Shown one piece after another: positions 39,650 to 49,321 of a stretch of 64,000 bases of DNA (positions within the stretch are counted from its first letter, which is position 1; each line of letters starts with the position of its first letter). The stretch covers positions 1 to 64,000 of the forward strand of contig JBBQWR010000007.1 in the NCBI GenBank assembly GCA_038210495.1. The letters are read 5' to 3'. Origin of the DNA: Pirellulales bacterium (GTDB taxonomy: Bacteria > Planctomycetota > Planctomycetia > Pirellulales > DATAWG01). Below the pieces are notes generated by a model. It did not search any database. It had not been told where the DNA came from and was given only the letters and a program-made list of their open reading frames with translations. Position numbers and translations under genes: made by a program.

Positions 39650-40460
39650 AAAACCCGATCAAACTCGACAGCCGATTGGGGGCAAGCTAAAGCGGTAATC
39701 CACGCGGACGCCGCAGCACGCCTCACAAGATTCGCGTTGTCTTGCGGCCAAAAAAAAGCCGCATCACGCCGAATTGGATCGGCTGTGGCGCGGCTCCCTT
39801 GTGTCAAGTTTGATCGCTTTTGATTGCCAAGAGACTTTTCCGCGACGCATCTGGCCGTAACCAACCTGCATTCATCTCGTCGCGCGGAAAACACCTTGTC
39901 AAACGGAGGCGATGGCACTTTAGCAGTGGTGGCTGCAAGCGGCCGCAAATCCCGTTAGCCCAATTCTAGTGCGGCGCCGCGGCGGTTGCAACCGTTCATC
40001 GCGAGCCGCAATGGCTTCGGCCAATGACGGATGCGAATCGGCCGAGCATAGACGACGCAATTGAACCCTCTCGCGCCTCATGCTACGATTGATCTGCGTT
40101 CCCCCGGAGGGCAAGCGAAAGGCTAGCGGCCACACTGGAAATGGCCCGACCGATGCCGTTTTTACCGGAGAAAACGAGGTTTTCGGCACTGAGCGCAGCG
40201 CTACGCGCAGCAGTCAATGCGCTGGCGATCCCGATCTAACCCGGATCAACGCCGTTTGGCATTCGCTGCCCGTGGCCCTCCGCTCCGGCATTCTCGCGAT
40301 GTTTAACGCGGCCAGTCCCCCGGCGGCGATCGCGAAGCTGAGCCGGCCCCGAACGGCGAAGCCGTCCCGGCGCTGATCGGGCCGCTAGGCGTACTGGCCA
40401 CGCCCCCCGCGGCAAGGTAAAACTCATGGCGGTCGAATCCGGTTCTCAGCGCCTTGCCGG

Positions 40461-40658
40461 GTGGATTGTTGCTGCCACCGCACGATTGTCGAACTCATCG
40501 GCAACACGACCACCGACGCGGGCCTCATCGTTCGTGCCGCCCTCGATCAAACGGACTATCCAACTGGACTAAAAATCAGCGACAACCAACTGGCCCAAGT
40601 CAAACTGATCCGAGCTGACTTTCATGGCGAATGGAACTACGCCGTCCGCCCTCGCTAA
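40461..40658 (+). pseudogene. Possible C-terminal remnant of an ISAzo13-family transposase
   Basis: ELIGNTTTDAGLIVRAALDQTDYPTGLKISDNQLAQVKLIRADFHGEWNYAVRP recalls the conserved C-terminal region of ISAzo13-type transposases (from memory). It is only 65 aa with no upstream DDE region in frame. Confidence 0.3.
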
Positions 40659-40704
40659 ACTTAATCAACTTATTCTTTCGCCCGTCCTAACCGCGCGCCG
40701 CGGT

Positions 40705-40730
40705 GAGCGAGGCGCGTAAGCTCCCTGTCC
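40705..40730. repeat. Degenerate REP-like element GAGCGAGGCGCGTAAGCTCCCTGTCC
   Basis: Shares the GCGTAAGCTCCCTGTCC core with 6953-6980. Confidence 0.45.
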
Positions 40731-40847
40731 AGCGTCCAACCACTTCGAACGACGTCACGTCCCTTGCAATCCGGACTATCACCCCTTGATAATACCGGCG
40801 AACATCTTGCGCCCATTCGTCTTTGACATCATCCGGGACCTCTCTTC

Positions 40848-42203
40848 ATGCGAACCCACGCTCGTTCAGCCACTGGGATTCTTACTATTATAATCGGCTT
40901 CGCTTTCGCCTTTCTCGCCATGGCGGCCGGCGCCATGAATTTCGTTTCGGCCGAGGAAAATCGGCCCGTGAAATCACTGAATCATTTTCCGTCGGTCGAC
41001 AAACTGCCGGCGCATCCCGACTTGCCCGGTCCGCTGGTGATGCTCGACGGCACGCGCGTGTCGAGCATCGAGCAATGGAACACGTCGCGCAAGCCCGAGC
41101 TCAAGGCGCTATTCCAGCATTACATGTACGGCTTCTTGCCCACGGCGCCGGAAAAAATCTCGGCCGAGGTTTTCCGCGAAGACAAGGATTTTTACGCCGG
41201 CAAGGCCACGCTACGTCAGATTCGCATTTCGCTCGGACCAGCCGGTTGTCCGCCCATCAATCTGTTGTTGTTTGTTCCCAATCGCAGCGCCACCAAAGCC
41301 AGCCCTCCCGTCATTTTGGGCCTCAACTTCAACGGCAATCACACGGTCGATCTGGACAAACGGATCGCGATTCCGACCGCTTGGATGCCCGACGACCCGA
41401 GCGCGGGCGTCGCCAATCACCGCGCGACGGAAAAAGGGCGCGGCTCGCAGGCCGATCGTTGGCAAATCGAGCATGCCATCGACCGCGGGTATGCGGTGGC
41501 GACGTTTTATTACGGCGACATTGCGCCCGACAAATCGGGGCCGCTGGGAGGCGTGATGCCTTACTTCATTCGCAAAGAAAAAACAACGTCGACGGACGAC
41601 GACTGTGGGGCCATCGCCGCCTGGGCTTGGGGCCTGAGCCGAGCGGTCGATTATCTGCTGACGGATTCCGATATCGACAGTCATCGGATCATCGTCTTCG
41701 GCCATTCGCGAAACGGCAAAGCGGCCATTCTAGCCGGAGCGATGGACGACCGGATCGCCGCGACGATCGCGCATCAAGCCGGTTGCGGCGGCACATCTCC
41801 CAGTCGCCGTCGGAATCCGAAGGGGGAATCGGTCAAAATCATCAACGAGCATTTTCCGCACTGGTTCGACGGCGCGTTCAAAATGTTCGTCGGCCAGGAG
41901 GACAAGTTGCCCGTCGATCAAAATTGCCTGATCGCCCTCTGCTGCCCACGGCCCGTGCTGCTGACCTGCGGCGAGGTGGATCAATGGGCCGATCCGGCCG
42001 GCGAGCTAGAAAATCTGCGGGCCGCGGACGACGTCTACCGTCTCTTCGGCGTCGAAGGAATTTCCAAGGACGCCAAACCGGAAAACAACAAGCGGATCGG
42101 CGGCCATCTCGCCTATTACACCCGCGAAGCGCCGCACACCGTCGATAAAGTTTTCTGGGAGGCCTTCCTCGACTTCGCCGATACGGCCTGCCCGGCTAAA
42201 TAG
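40848..42203 (+). CDS. Secreted carbohydrate esterase family 15 (glucuronoyl esterase)-like protein
   Basis: Signal peptide. GHSRNGKAAILAGAMDDRIAA matches the G-C/H-S-R-x-G catalytic Ser motif of CE15 glucuronoyl esterases. Confidence 0.65.
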   Translation: MRTHARSATGILTIIIGFAFAFLAMAAGAMNFVSAEENRPVKSLNHFPSVDKLPAHPDLPGPLVMLDGTRVSSIEQWNTSRKPELKALFQHYMYGFLPTAPEKISAEVFREDKDFYAGKATLRQIRISLGPAGCPPINLLLFVPNRSATKASPPVILGLNFNGNHTVDLDKRIAIPTAWMPDDPSAGVANHRATEKGRGSQADRWQIEHAIDRGYAVATFYYGDIAPDKSGPLGGVMPYFIRKEKTTSTDDDCGAIAAWAWGLSRAVDYLLTDSDIDSHRIIVFGHSRNGKAAILAGAMDDRIAATIAHQAGCGGTSPSRRRNPKGESVKIINEHFPHWFDGAFKMFVGQEDKLPVDQNCLIALCCPRPVLLTCGEVDQWADPAGELENLRAADDVYRLFGVEGISKDAKPENNKRIGGHLAYYTREAPHTVDKVFWEAFLDFADTACPAK

Positions 42204-42284
42204 AAAGGCTGCCGATCAAGTCGGGCAGATGACTTGTAGAGCCGAGAAGTGGCGCGGTGGTTTAGGTTGGGCCTATCTGTTGGC

Positions 42285-44242
42285 CGGCTCTTTCGTATGC
42301 CGGTGCCTCAATAGCCCGACCATGCTCCGTTTCCACTTCCCGCTCATCGAACCGGACAGGCGGATTTCCCGCATCCGGCTCTCGGACAAGGTTATCATGC
42401 GTTCGCCCACGGAAGGTTGGGTTTCAGCCGGCTGAGCCGTACCAGGCCCAGTTCGTTGTGCAGGTATTCGGCCGGAAATCGCCGATACTTCTGCTCCTGC
42501 ACTTTGTGCTTGCGACACAACCACTGGCGCAGCCGACGCGCGACATGCTGATCGATGGCTCGATACGCAGCGCCCGCCGGCTCAAGACAGAAGTAAGTCG
42601 CCCAGCCAACCAACTTGCGGTTGAGTCGACGAGTCATCTCCTTGGCGTCTTGGAGGGTGGTGTTGGAAGCGGTCATCTCGCTGGTCTCGCGACAGAGTCG
42701 CTGGACTTTCTTTCGCGACGGTTTCGTGCCCAGATAGGCGCGACCCGTGCGCGGCGAGTAGCACCGCCCCAACGTATAGCCCAGAAAGTCGAAGTCCTCT
42801 TCGGGCAGTCGGCAAACGTGCGTCTTCGTCTCGTTGACCGTCAGCTTGAGCGTCTGCATCATGTTCCGCATGGCGGACATCGCCGCATCGGCGCTGCCGC
42901 GGCAGCAGATCACGAAGTCATCCGCGTAGTTGACGATCCGAGCGCGAAACCGCCGCTCGTGTCCCAACGTCTTCCAGCCCAGCACGAATCGACGCATGTA
43001 GAGATTGCTGAGCAGCGGCGAGATCGGGGCGCCTTGCGGGCTGCCACGACCCGTGTCCTTGTTGCGAGTCGTTCGTTGCAGATTGCCCCGCGCGTCCGTC
43101 TCTTCCACCGGCGCTTCGAGCCACATCTTAACTAGATGCAGCACCTGCTTGTCGCTTACGCGACGCGCCACCGATGTCATCAACTCCGCGTGGGGAATGC
43201 TGTCGAAGTATCCGCTTAGGTCCGCGTCCACAACCTCCGTATGCCCCGTGCTTAGCAGCCGATGGACCTCCTGTACGGCGTCCAACGCGCTGCGTCCGGG
43301 CCGGTAGGCGTATTGCTCCGGCTGCAAGTCGGTCTCGAAGATCGGTTCGAGAACCAGCAAGGCAGCCATTTGCACGACACGATCCTTGATCGTGGGAATA
43401 CCCAACGGTCGTTGTTTGCCGTCCGGCTTGGGAATGTACACCCGCCGGACTGCCTGGGGTCGGTACGTCTTCGTCCTGAGTTCCTCCGCTAGTTCGTCCA
43501 ACCAGCGCTGCACGCCGTAGGCTTCGATGTCCGCGAACGTCTGTCGATCGACTCCCGGAGCGCCTCCGTTGAGGAGGCAGCGGCGGTGAGCCGTCCACAG
43601 CACATCCTGACGATACACCTTGTCGTACAGCGCATAGAAACGATAGTTGGGCGATTCCTTCGCTTTGGCATGCAACGCTTCCTGGAGCTTCTGAACCGTA
43701 GGTAGAGTTGGTAGGCTCATCGCCAATCTTGCCATTGCTGGCTTACGGTCCCGCGCCACTTCCGGCGTTGGCCTTGAACTGAGGTCCCTTCGCTCCGCCG
43801 GAGTTACCCGGCTTCCTCGCTACTACGGACCTCTCCGTCACCCCACGCGGCCCGGCTCTGTCCCTCGCGGGCTGCCAGTTGACGGTCACGCGCCGTCACC
43901 GCTGGGGCTTCCCGTGTTGCGTCAAGTTTCCTTATGCAGACATGCCGCCGCCAATACCCCGGTGGGATCGCTGAGGTGTTTCGCTCGACTCATATCCTCT
44001 CAGCGACAGCGGCCTTCCCCGTCCCTTTGACAGGTCGGCTCCCACATTACCCGTTTCGAGGCCTACGCGGCGTTCACTCACGTTGCGGCCTGCCTGCTCG
44101 CGGAGTTGCCCAAGGCAACCCTTTACACCGAAGGCTCCGGCGGCTTCGTTACCTCCACCGCCGCTCCGATTGCTACCGGCCGGAGCGAAACCTTGCCGGG
44201 CGGGAATTGCACCCGCTGAAAACTCACGCCTTTCACGGCGCA
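42285..44242 (-). mobile_element. Bacterial group II intron (full-length, ~1.95 kb) with an intron-encoded RT/maturase; the 3' boundary is approximate (+/-30 nt)
   Basis: The minus-strand 5' end GUGCGCC lies at plus 44236-44242. ~480 nt of domains I-III precede the ORF. Domain V-like GAGCCGGAUGCGGGAAAUCCGCCUGUCCGGUUC (plus 42349-42381) with an AGC triad lies 13 nt after the ORF stop. A domain VI region follows. Confidence 0.75.
42395..43759 (-). CDS. Group II intron reverse transcriptase/maturase (intron-encoded protein)
   Basis: RT domains 0-7 ([15 protein letters not shown] in [10 protein letters not shown]), X/maturase domain ([19 protein letters not shown]) and a C-terminal D/En-like region. 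Confidence 0.9.
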   Translation of the reverse strand: MARDRKPAMARLAMSLPTLPTVQKLQEALHAKAKESPNYRFYALYDKVYRQDVLWTAHRRCLLNGGAPGVDRQTFADIEAYGVQRWLDELAEELRTKTYRPQAVRRVYIPKPDGKQRPLGIPTIKDRVVQMAALLVLEPIFETDLQPEQYAYRPGRSALDAVQEVHRLLSTGHTEVVDADLSGYFDSIPHAELMTSVARRVSDKQVLHLVKMWLEAPVEETDARGNLQRTTRNKDTGRGSPQGAPISPLLSNLYMRRFVLGWKTLGHERRFRARIVNYADDFVICCRGSADAAMSAMRNMMQTLKLTVNETKTHVCRLPEEDFDFLGYTLGRCYSPRTGRAYLGTKPSRKKVQRLCRETSEMTASNTTLQDAKEMTRRLNRKLVGWATYFCLEPAGAAYRAIDQHVARRLRQWLCRKHKVQEQKYRRFPAEYLHNELGLVRLSRLKPNLPWANA

Positions 44243-44327
44243 CAAAGGGGACGGGAGGCTGGTGGCATGGGAGTTGCAAAGTTAGAGCGGCGACTGGTTA
44301 GTCCTTTTAATCCCATCCGAACCTTGC

Positions 44328-45033
44328 TTGAAGGAATCGCACGTGGACGTGCTCGTAATCGACATCGGCGGCACCTCAGTCAAATTCTGGCACACGGCGC
44401 ACGAGGAGCATCGAAAGTTTCCTTCCGGCAAGCGACTCACGCCGGAGGTCATGATTAAAGAAGCGATGGACTTGGTCCGCGATTGGGAGTGGGAGGCGAT
44501 AGCGCTGGGATTGCCCTGTCGGGTCAGCAACGGCCGCTCCGTCGAAGATCCGCAGAACCTCGGGCCCGGTTGGGTAGGGTTCAATTTCGCCGCTGCGTTC
44601 GGCAAGCCCGTGCGAGTGATGAACGACGCATCCCTGCAAGCCTTGGGAAGCTACGACCGGACGCATGGTATTTTTGGGTCTTGGCACTGCGGTCGGCTCG
44701 GCCTATATCGCCGATCATCTGGTGCTTTCGCTCGATCTGGGCCGGATGAAAGTCGGGGATGAGCCACTCTACAAGTTGCTGGGCGACGAAGGCTTCGAGG
44801 AGCTCGGCGCCAAGAAATGGCAGGCCGTCGTGCACCAAGTCATTCCCGCCCTGAAAAACGCCATGATGGCCGACTACGTCGTCCTCGGTGGCGGCAGCGT
44901 CAAGCACATCGACGAACTGCCCGAAGGGGTCCGTCGCGGCCACAATCGGACCGTGGTCGAGGGAGGCCGAAAGCTCTGGGAAGAACTCCCCGATCCGGGC
45001 GAAAAACATGCCGGGGTTTGGCTCATTCTTTGA
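44328..45033 (+). pseudogene. ROK-family sugar kinase (glucokinase-like) interrupted by a +1 frameshift near a T5 run at ~44660-44672
   Basis: ORF 44328..44762 (VLVIDIGGTSVKF ATPase motif, ...NDASLQALGSYDRT) and ORF 44665..45033 (MVFLGLGTAVGSAYIADH..., a ROK GxGxGxG motif) are consecutive parts of one ROK protein in different frames. Confidence 0.5.
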
Positions 45034-45294
45034 ATCGGCGCCGTGCCATTGGGTAACTAGGCAACCGATTGCTTTCAATTTGCCGAACATCCGTTATGCA
45101 GGACTGGCGCCATCGCCGCATTTTCGAGCAAATCGCAGTGTGAATTTTGCGCGCTGGCGGTTAAAATCGAAATGTCGCCTCGTCGGCCCAGTTTCAGTTG
45201 CCGACCCCCCATCGAACTATCGGGCGGGAGATAGAGGCCCAAGATCGGTCGTCTCTCAAACCCTGGACCGCCGTAAGAAGAAAGAGCAAACGCA

Positions 45295-45519
45295 ATGCTG
45301 ACCGAGAGAGAAATCTCGCTGAAATGGCGCGAACTGTTTCGTAGTCTTCCGATCACCGAGGGAGTGTACACCAAGGCGTCCGAACTGATCGAAGAGCTTC
45401 CGACCACCAGCCCCCTGCGACAGCGCTACGCGAGCGAATTATCCGATCTTCGGCGGCTGGCCATGCCGCCAAAAGCGGCGACCGCGAAGAAGAGGGCGAA
45501 GGGAAAATCCGCCGGATGA
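45295..45519 (+). CDS. Small hypothetical protein (74 aa) with a basic C-terminal tail
   Basis: ORF only; no recognised domain. Confidence 0.25.
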   Translation: MLTEREISLKWRELFRSLPITEGVYTKASELIEELPTTSPLRQRYASELSDLRRLAMPPKAATAKKRAKGKSAG

Positions 45520-45541
45520 TCGTCGAACCGAGGAGTATTCG

Positions 45542-47395
45542 TTGCACCCGGATATTGCGTCGTCATGCCGGCCGACCGGCTGGATCATTTCTCCGCTGGC
45601 CGATATTACTCTGCTGCTGGCCAGCCCTCTGGCGATCGTGCCGGCCGTCTTCGTAGCGGCCCGGCATTTTTCTCCCGAGTTTATTTTTTTGGTCGTGGGT
45701 TCGTTCGCCTCGATCGGCCATCATCTGCCGGGCTTTCTGCGGGCTTATGGCGATCCGGCTTTGTTTCGCCGTTTTCGTTGGCGTTTTCTTCTCGCGCCGC
45801 CGCTCGTGCTAGCGACGGCGATTTTGTTTACTTCGCGGAAGTTTCACGGGCTCACGCTGATCCTGTTCGTCTGGGCCACATGGCACATCATCATGCAGAC
45901 CTATGGCCTGATGAGGATCTACGATTTGAAACGCGGCATCCGCGCGGCGTGGGACGCGCGGATGGATTTTTGCGTTTGCGCGGCCATGTTCGTCGCCGGA
46001 ATTCTGTTCAGCCAAGCCCGCCTGTTTTCGATTCTCGAAATCTTTCAAGGAGTGGGCATCGGGTTGGCTCCGCCGAAAACAATCGCCGTCCTGAGATGGA
46101 CGTTGGGGACCGGAATCGGAATTGTCTTGGTCGCGTATGCGATCCAGGTGCTATGTCAGACTCGAGCCGCAGGCCCCAGTTGGGCCAAGCTCGCGCTGCT
46201 GATGGTCACGGGCGCGCTGTATTGGAGCTGCGGGTCGTTAAGCACGAATTTGTTGATCGGCGTGGCCCTCTTCGAGGTTTTTCACGCCGTTCAGTACAAC
46301 GCCCTGGTGTGGAGTTATAACCGCCGAATGGCCGACCGCGAAGGAACTCGCTTCGGACCATTGCGATTCATGTTCGCCGGCGGTTGGTTGCCCGTGGCGA
46401 TGTATCTGGCGGTGATCGCGGCCTTCGGCTCCCTCAAATGGTTCACCGAGTCGCTCGATCATTCGGCGGCGAAAACGCTGCTGCTAACGCTTCTGCTGAC
46501 CTCCACCGCGCTCCATTTCTATTTCGATGGCTTCATTTGGAAGGTGAGCGAGCGGGAGACGCAGCGGAACTTGGGGTTTGACAACGGGGGACGCATGGCC
46601 GGCGCCGTCACCGCCCTGAAGCACATGGCGAAATGGGGCAGTCTAGCGGCGGTCGTCGTGGTGCTGTTCTGGGTGGAAGCCAGCGCGGCGCCACGAACCG
46701 ACGCCCAGGAGCGGGCCTGGGTGAACAATGTTTCGCGGTGGACTCCCGATTTGCCTGAGGTCCTGATGCGCCAAGCGCAACTGGCCCTTGCGGCCAAGGA
46801 CGGCTCGACGGCGGTCGATGCCGCGCGGCGCGCCGTGCAGTTGCTTCCCAATTCGCCGGAAGCTCGCTTGTTGCTGGTAAAATCACTGGTCGCTCTACGA
46901 GATTTTCCAGCCGCCAATGAAGCAGCCATGGGCGCGGTCGCATTGTGCCCCGATTCGGCCGAAGCCAATTACCAGTTGGGCCTGATCGATGTCCAACTTC
47001 GCAACTTCATAACGGCGGAATTCGCTCTGCGGCGGTCGCTCGCGAGCAATGGCGTTTCGGCCGATACCCACTTGCAACTGGGAAACGTCTATTTTCTGAC
47101 CGGACGACCGGAGCTTGCCGAACAATGTTTCCGCAGAGCGGTCGAACTTTCTCCCGGCATGGCCGAGGGGCATGGAAACCTCGGTTCGGTGCTACTCCAG
47201 ATGGGACGGGTGTCCGAAGCCAGGCAATCGCTGGTGAGCGCGCTCGGATTGGGCGATAACGCCCAGTGCCATTACAATCTGGCCTTGATCCTCTTGAACG
47301 AGGGCGGAATTTCCGCGGCGCGAGCCCATTTCGTCCGCAGCCAGCAACTGGGTCAGCCGATTAGTCCCGAGCTCCGCATGGCGGCCGGCCTGTAG
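45542..47395 (+). CDS. Polytopic membrane protein with a C-terminal TPR domain (possibly O-antigen ligase/polymerase-like)
   Basis: ~10 hydrophobic helices in the first ~380 aa, then TPR-like repeats (NSPEARLLLVKSL..., ANYQLGLIDVQL..., HLQLGNVYFLTGRPELAEQCFRRAVEL, HGNLGSVLLQMGR...). The family call is tentative. Confidence 0.55.
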   Translation: MHPDIASSCRPTGWIISPLADITLLLASPLAIVPAVFVAARHFSPEFIFLVVGSFASIGHHLPGFLRAYGDPALFRRFRWRFLLAPPLVLATAILFTSRKFHGLTLILFVWATWHIIMQTYGLMRIYDLKRGIRAAWDARMDFCVCAAMFVAGILFSQARLFSILEIFQGVGIGLAPPKTIAVLRWTLGTGIGIVLVAYAIQVLCQTRAAGPSWAKLALLMVTGALYWSCGSLSTNLLIGVALFEVFHAVQYNALVWSYNRRMADREGTRFGPLRFMFAGGWLPVAMYLAVIAAFGSLKWFTESLDHSAAKTLLLTLLLTSTALHFYFDGFIWKVSERETQRNLGFDNGGRMAGAVTALKHMAKWGSLAAVVVVLFWVEASAAPRTDAQERAWVNNVSRWTPDLPEVLMRQAQLALAAKDGSTAVDAARRAVQLLPNSPEARLLLVKSLVALRDFPAANEAAMGAVALCPDSAEANYQLGLIDVQLRNFITAEFALRRSLASNGVSADTHLQLGNVYFLTGRPELAEQCFRRAVELSPGMAEGHGNLGSVLLQMGRVSEARQSLVSALGLGDNAQCHYNLALILLNEGGISAARAHFVRSQQLGQPISPELRMAAGL

Positions 47396-47421
47396 GAACA
47401 CAAACGAACGATCGCGCGAAC

Positions 47422-47652
47422 ATGAGTTCCAAGACGAAATTGCTGCTTGTCGGCTGGTCGCTTGCCCTGGCGGGGCTGGCAATCGTGGTTTGGCAGACGA
47501 CCTCCACCGCCGGCGGCGGATCGGATCGCATCTTCAACGTCGGCGTCGCGGCCCTGATCGTGGGAAATGTGCTGCGCGTGTATGCCAGATATCGGCCGAG
47601 AAAACCGAAACCTGTCGCTCCCAAAACTGGTGACCCGTCGCGGTCTTCGTAG
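47422..47652 (+). CDS. Small membrane protein (76 aa), hypothetical
   Basis: Two hydrophobic segments; ORF only. Confidence 0.3.
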   Translation: MSSKTKLLLVGWSLALAGLAIVVWQTTSTAGGGSDRIFNVGVAALIVGNVLRVYARYRPRKPKPVAPKTGDPSRSS

Positions 47653-47700
47653 CACGGACGCCTTGCCCGTGCAAGGACGCCGTCAACTTGTTTGCTATTG

Positions 47701-48741
47701 CTAACGCAGCAAAAAAAACGTCGTCGCGCTGATTCCCAGCGCCGTCAAACCCGCGATTGCGGCCAGGATCCAAAACAGGCTGTGATTCGCCCGGGCGAGC
47801 GCGAGCGAGGCGATCGTCACGCCTGCCTGAGCGAACAACATACTGTAAAAGAACTTGCGACTTCGCTCCCGATGGATGTCGGATTCGACCCCGCTGCGGG
47901 CGACTTGAAGCTCGTAAAGCTGGGCCACCGTCCGATTGTATTGCGACTCGCGGCGACAGCGACGAGCATCGTAATCGAGCGCCGCGACCTCGATTTCCGA
48001 CGATAGCTTGTCGGCTCCGGCCGTCGTTCCGGCGTCGGCGGATCGCGGCAAGCTGGTTAGGAAACCTCGAAGCTGGCCGATCGCCGAATTGGTCGGCTCG
48101 CAAGCGGCGGAAAATTCGACCGAATTGTGTTCGACCGTGGCCGTCACTTCTTCCACGCGCTCGGGCGTGACGGCTCGCACGAGGTGGGCCAATTCGGCCT
48201 CCGTCCGCTGTTTGGGCATGAGCGCCAGGGCAGTTCGCAGATCGTCGAACTCCACGCCGTCCGGCAGTGGCTTGCTGGTCTCGAAGGGGAGCGATTGACC
48301 GGCCAAAAATTGGAGCGTTCCATTCTTCTGGGCGCTCGTCAGCCACTGGGCCAGTTGAGCCGGTGGCGACTTCGAATAATCGCCATTGGAATTTTTTGAT
48401 TCGGCGATCAGTGCCCAGTGCTGCGACAAGCTGCGCAGCGCATCGGCCAATCGGTCGGGCGTCGGACGATCGACGTGCGTCAAACTGCGCAGCAGCGTGA
48501 CCGTGCCGGCGAGCGAAGTCTCTCGCAGCCGTTTCGATTGATAGAATGACCATTGATCGCCGGCCTTGGCCTGATGCTGACCGGCCAGCGAGCGATAGTA
48601 CATGGACTGAGTCATCTCGCTCGATGAAATCCCGGCCAGCGCCGTCGCCAGCACGGTCATGACGATCGGCGTGATTTGCACGACATGGCCCCACAGAGTA
48701 GTCGGCTGAGCTGCGTGCGTGGTCGTGTCGGGTATATTCAT
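47701..48741 (-). CDS. Hypothetical protein with two C-terminal transmembrane helices
   Basis: Start chosen at MNIPDTT (ATG 48741). Mostly a soluble alpha-helical region followed by FFYSMLFAQAGVTIASLALARANHSLFWILAAIAGLTALGISATTFFLL. Confidence 0.5.
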   Translation of the reverse strand: MNIPDTTTHAAQPTTLWGHVVQITPIVMTVLATALAGISSSEMTQSMYYRSLAGQHQAKAGDQWSFYQSKRLRETSLAGTVTLLRSLTHVDRPTPDRLADALRSLSQHWALIAESKNSNGDYSKSPPAQLAQWLTSAQKNGTLQFLAGQSLPFETSKPLPDGVEFDDLRTALALMPKQRTEAELAHLVRAVTPERVEEVTATVEHNSVEFSAACEPTNSAIGQLRGFLTSLPRSADAGTTAGADKLSSEIEVAALDYDARRCRRESQYNRTVAQLYELQVARSGVESDIHRERSRKFFYSMLFAQAGVTIASLALARANHSLFWILAAIAGLTALGISATTFFLLR

Positions 48742-49321
48742 GACGATCGCCGGAATTGGTCGAAGGTGCGCGAGTTCGCTTTTGCGGCTCGATGGAGAAT
48801 GCCCGCAAATCGGCGGGATAGTACCGAAATGCACGTTTCACGGCAAGAGAGGCGACCTGGAAATGACCGGTTGCCAAATGCCAAGTCGCACGCTGCATGA
48901 CACGGTCGGCGAGGTTAACAAAAGGGGGGAGTAAATTTGGCCCGTTGGGCAGCGGCGAGAGGCGGGCCTGGAGCCGCGAAGCGGCGCCACATAGCCGCGG
49001 CAGCCTGCTGCGGAGTACATGGATGGCCAGTAAGCTGTCGCTGCCCAATGGATTACGATAGCGGGAGATTTGAAGTCGCCCATAGCGAAACCTCTGCTCT
49101 GCGGTAGCCGCTCGGTACTCCGCAGCAGGATGCCGCGGATATGGGGCCGAGCCTTCGGCTTGGCCGGAACGTTCGCGTCTCGTCGATTTACCGACCCTTG
49201 AAGGCCGATCCGTCTCCGTGGTAAGGTTGAGGGATTTTACTGGCCGCCGGAGGGCGCAGGGGGCGGGACAACAGGCGAACGGAAATGCTGACGGAAACAC
49301 GGTCTTAGCTAAGGATTCATC

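Noticed and set aside
40823-42148. 441-aa plus-strand ORF (Arg/Ser/Gly-rich) overlapping the CE15-like esterase in another frame
   Set aside because: The alternative frame (40848..42203) encodes a protein with a clear signal peptide and a catalytic GHSRNGK motif. The Arg-rich frame is a GC artefact.
44338-44342. Alternative intron 5' end (GUGCG on the minus strand at plus 44338-44342)
   Set aside because: It falls inside the start of the ROK kinase ORF and leaves ~100 nt too much between the 5' end and the IEP. The GUGCGCC at 44242 is followed by a Ll.LtrB-like GUGCGCC...GAAAGG start and gives a standard ~480-nt DI-DIII.
43934-44458. 174-aa plus-strand ORF
   Set aside because: It lies antisense to the group II intron domains I-III and spans the intron boundary; no protein similarity.
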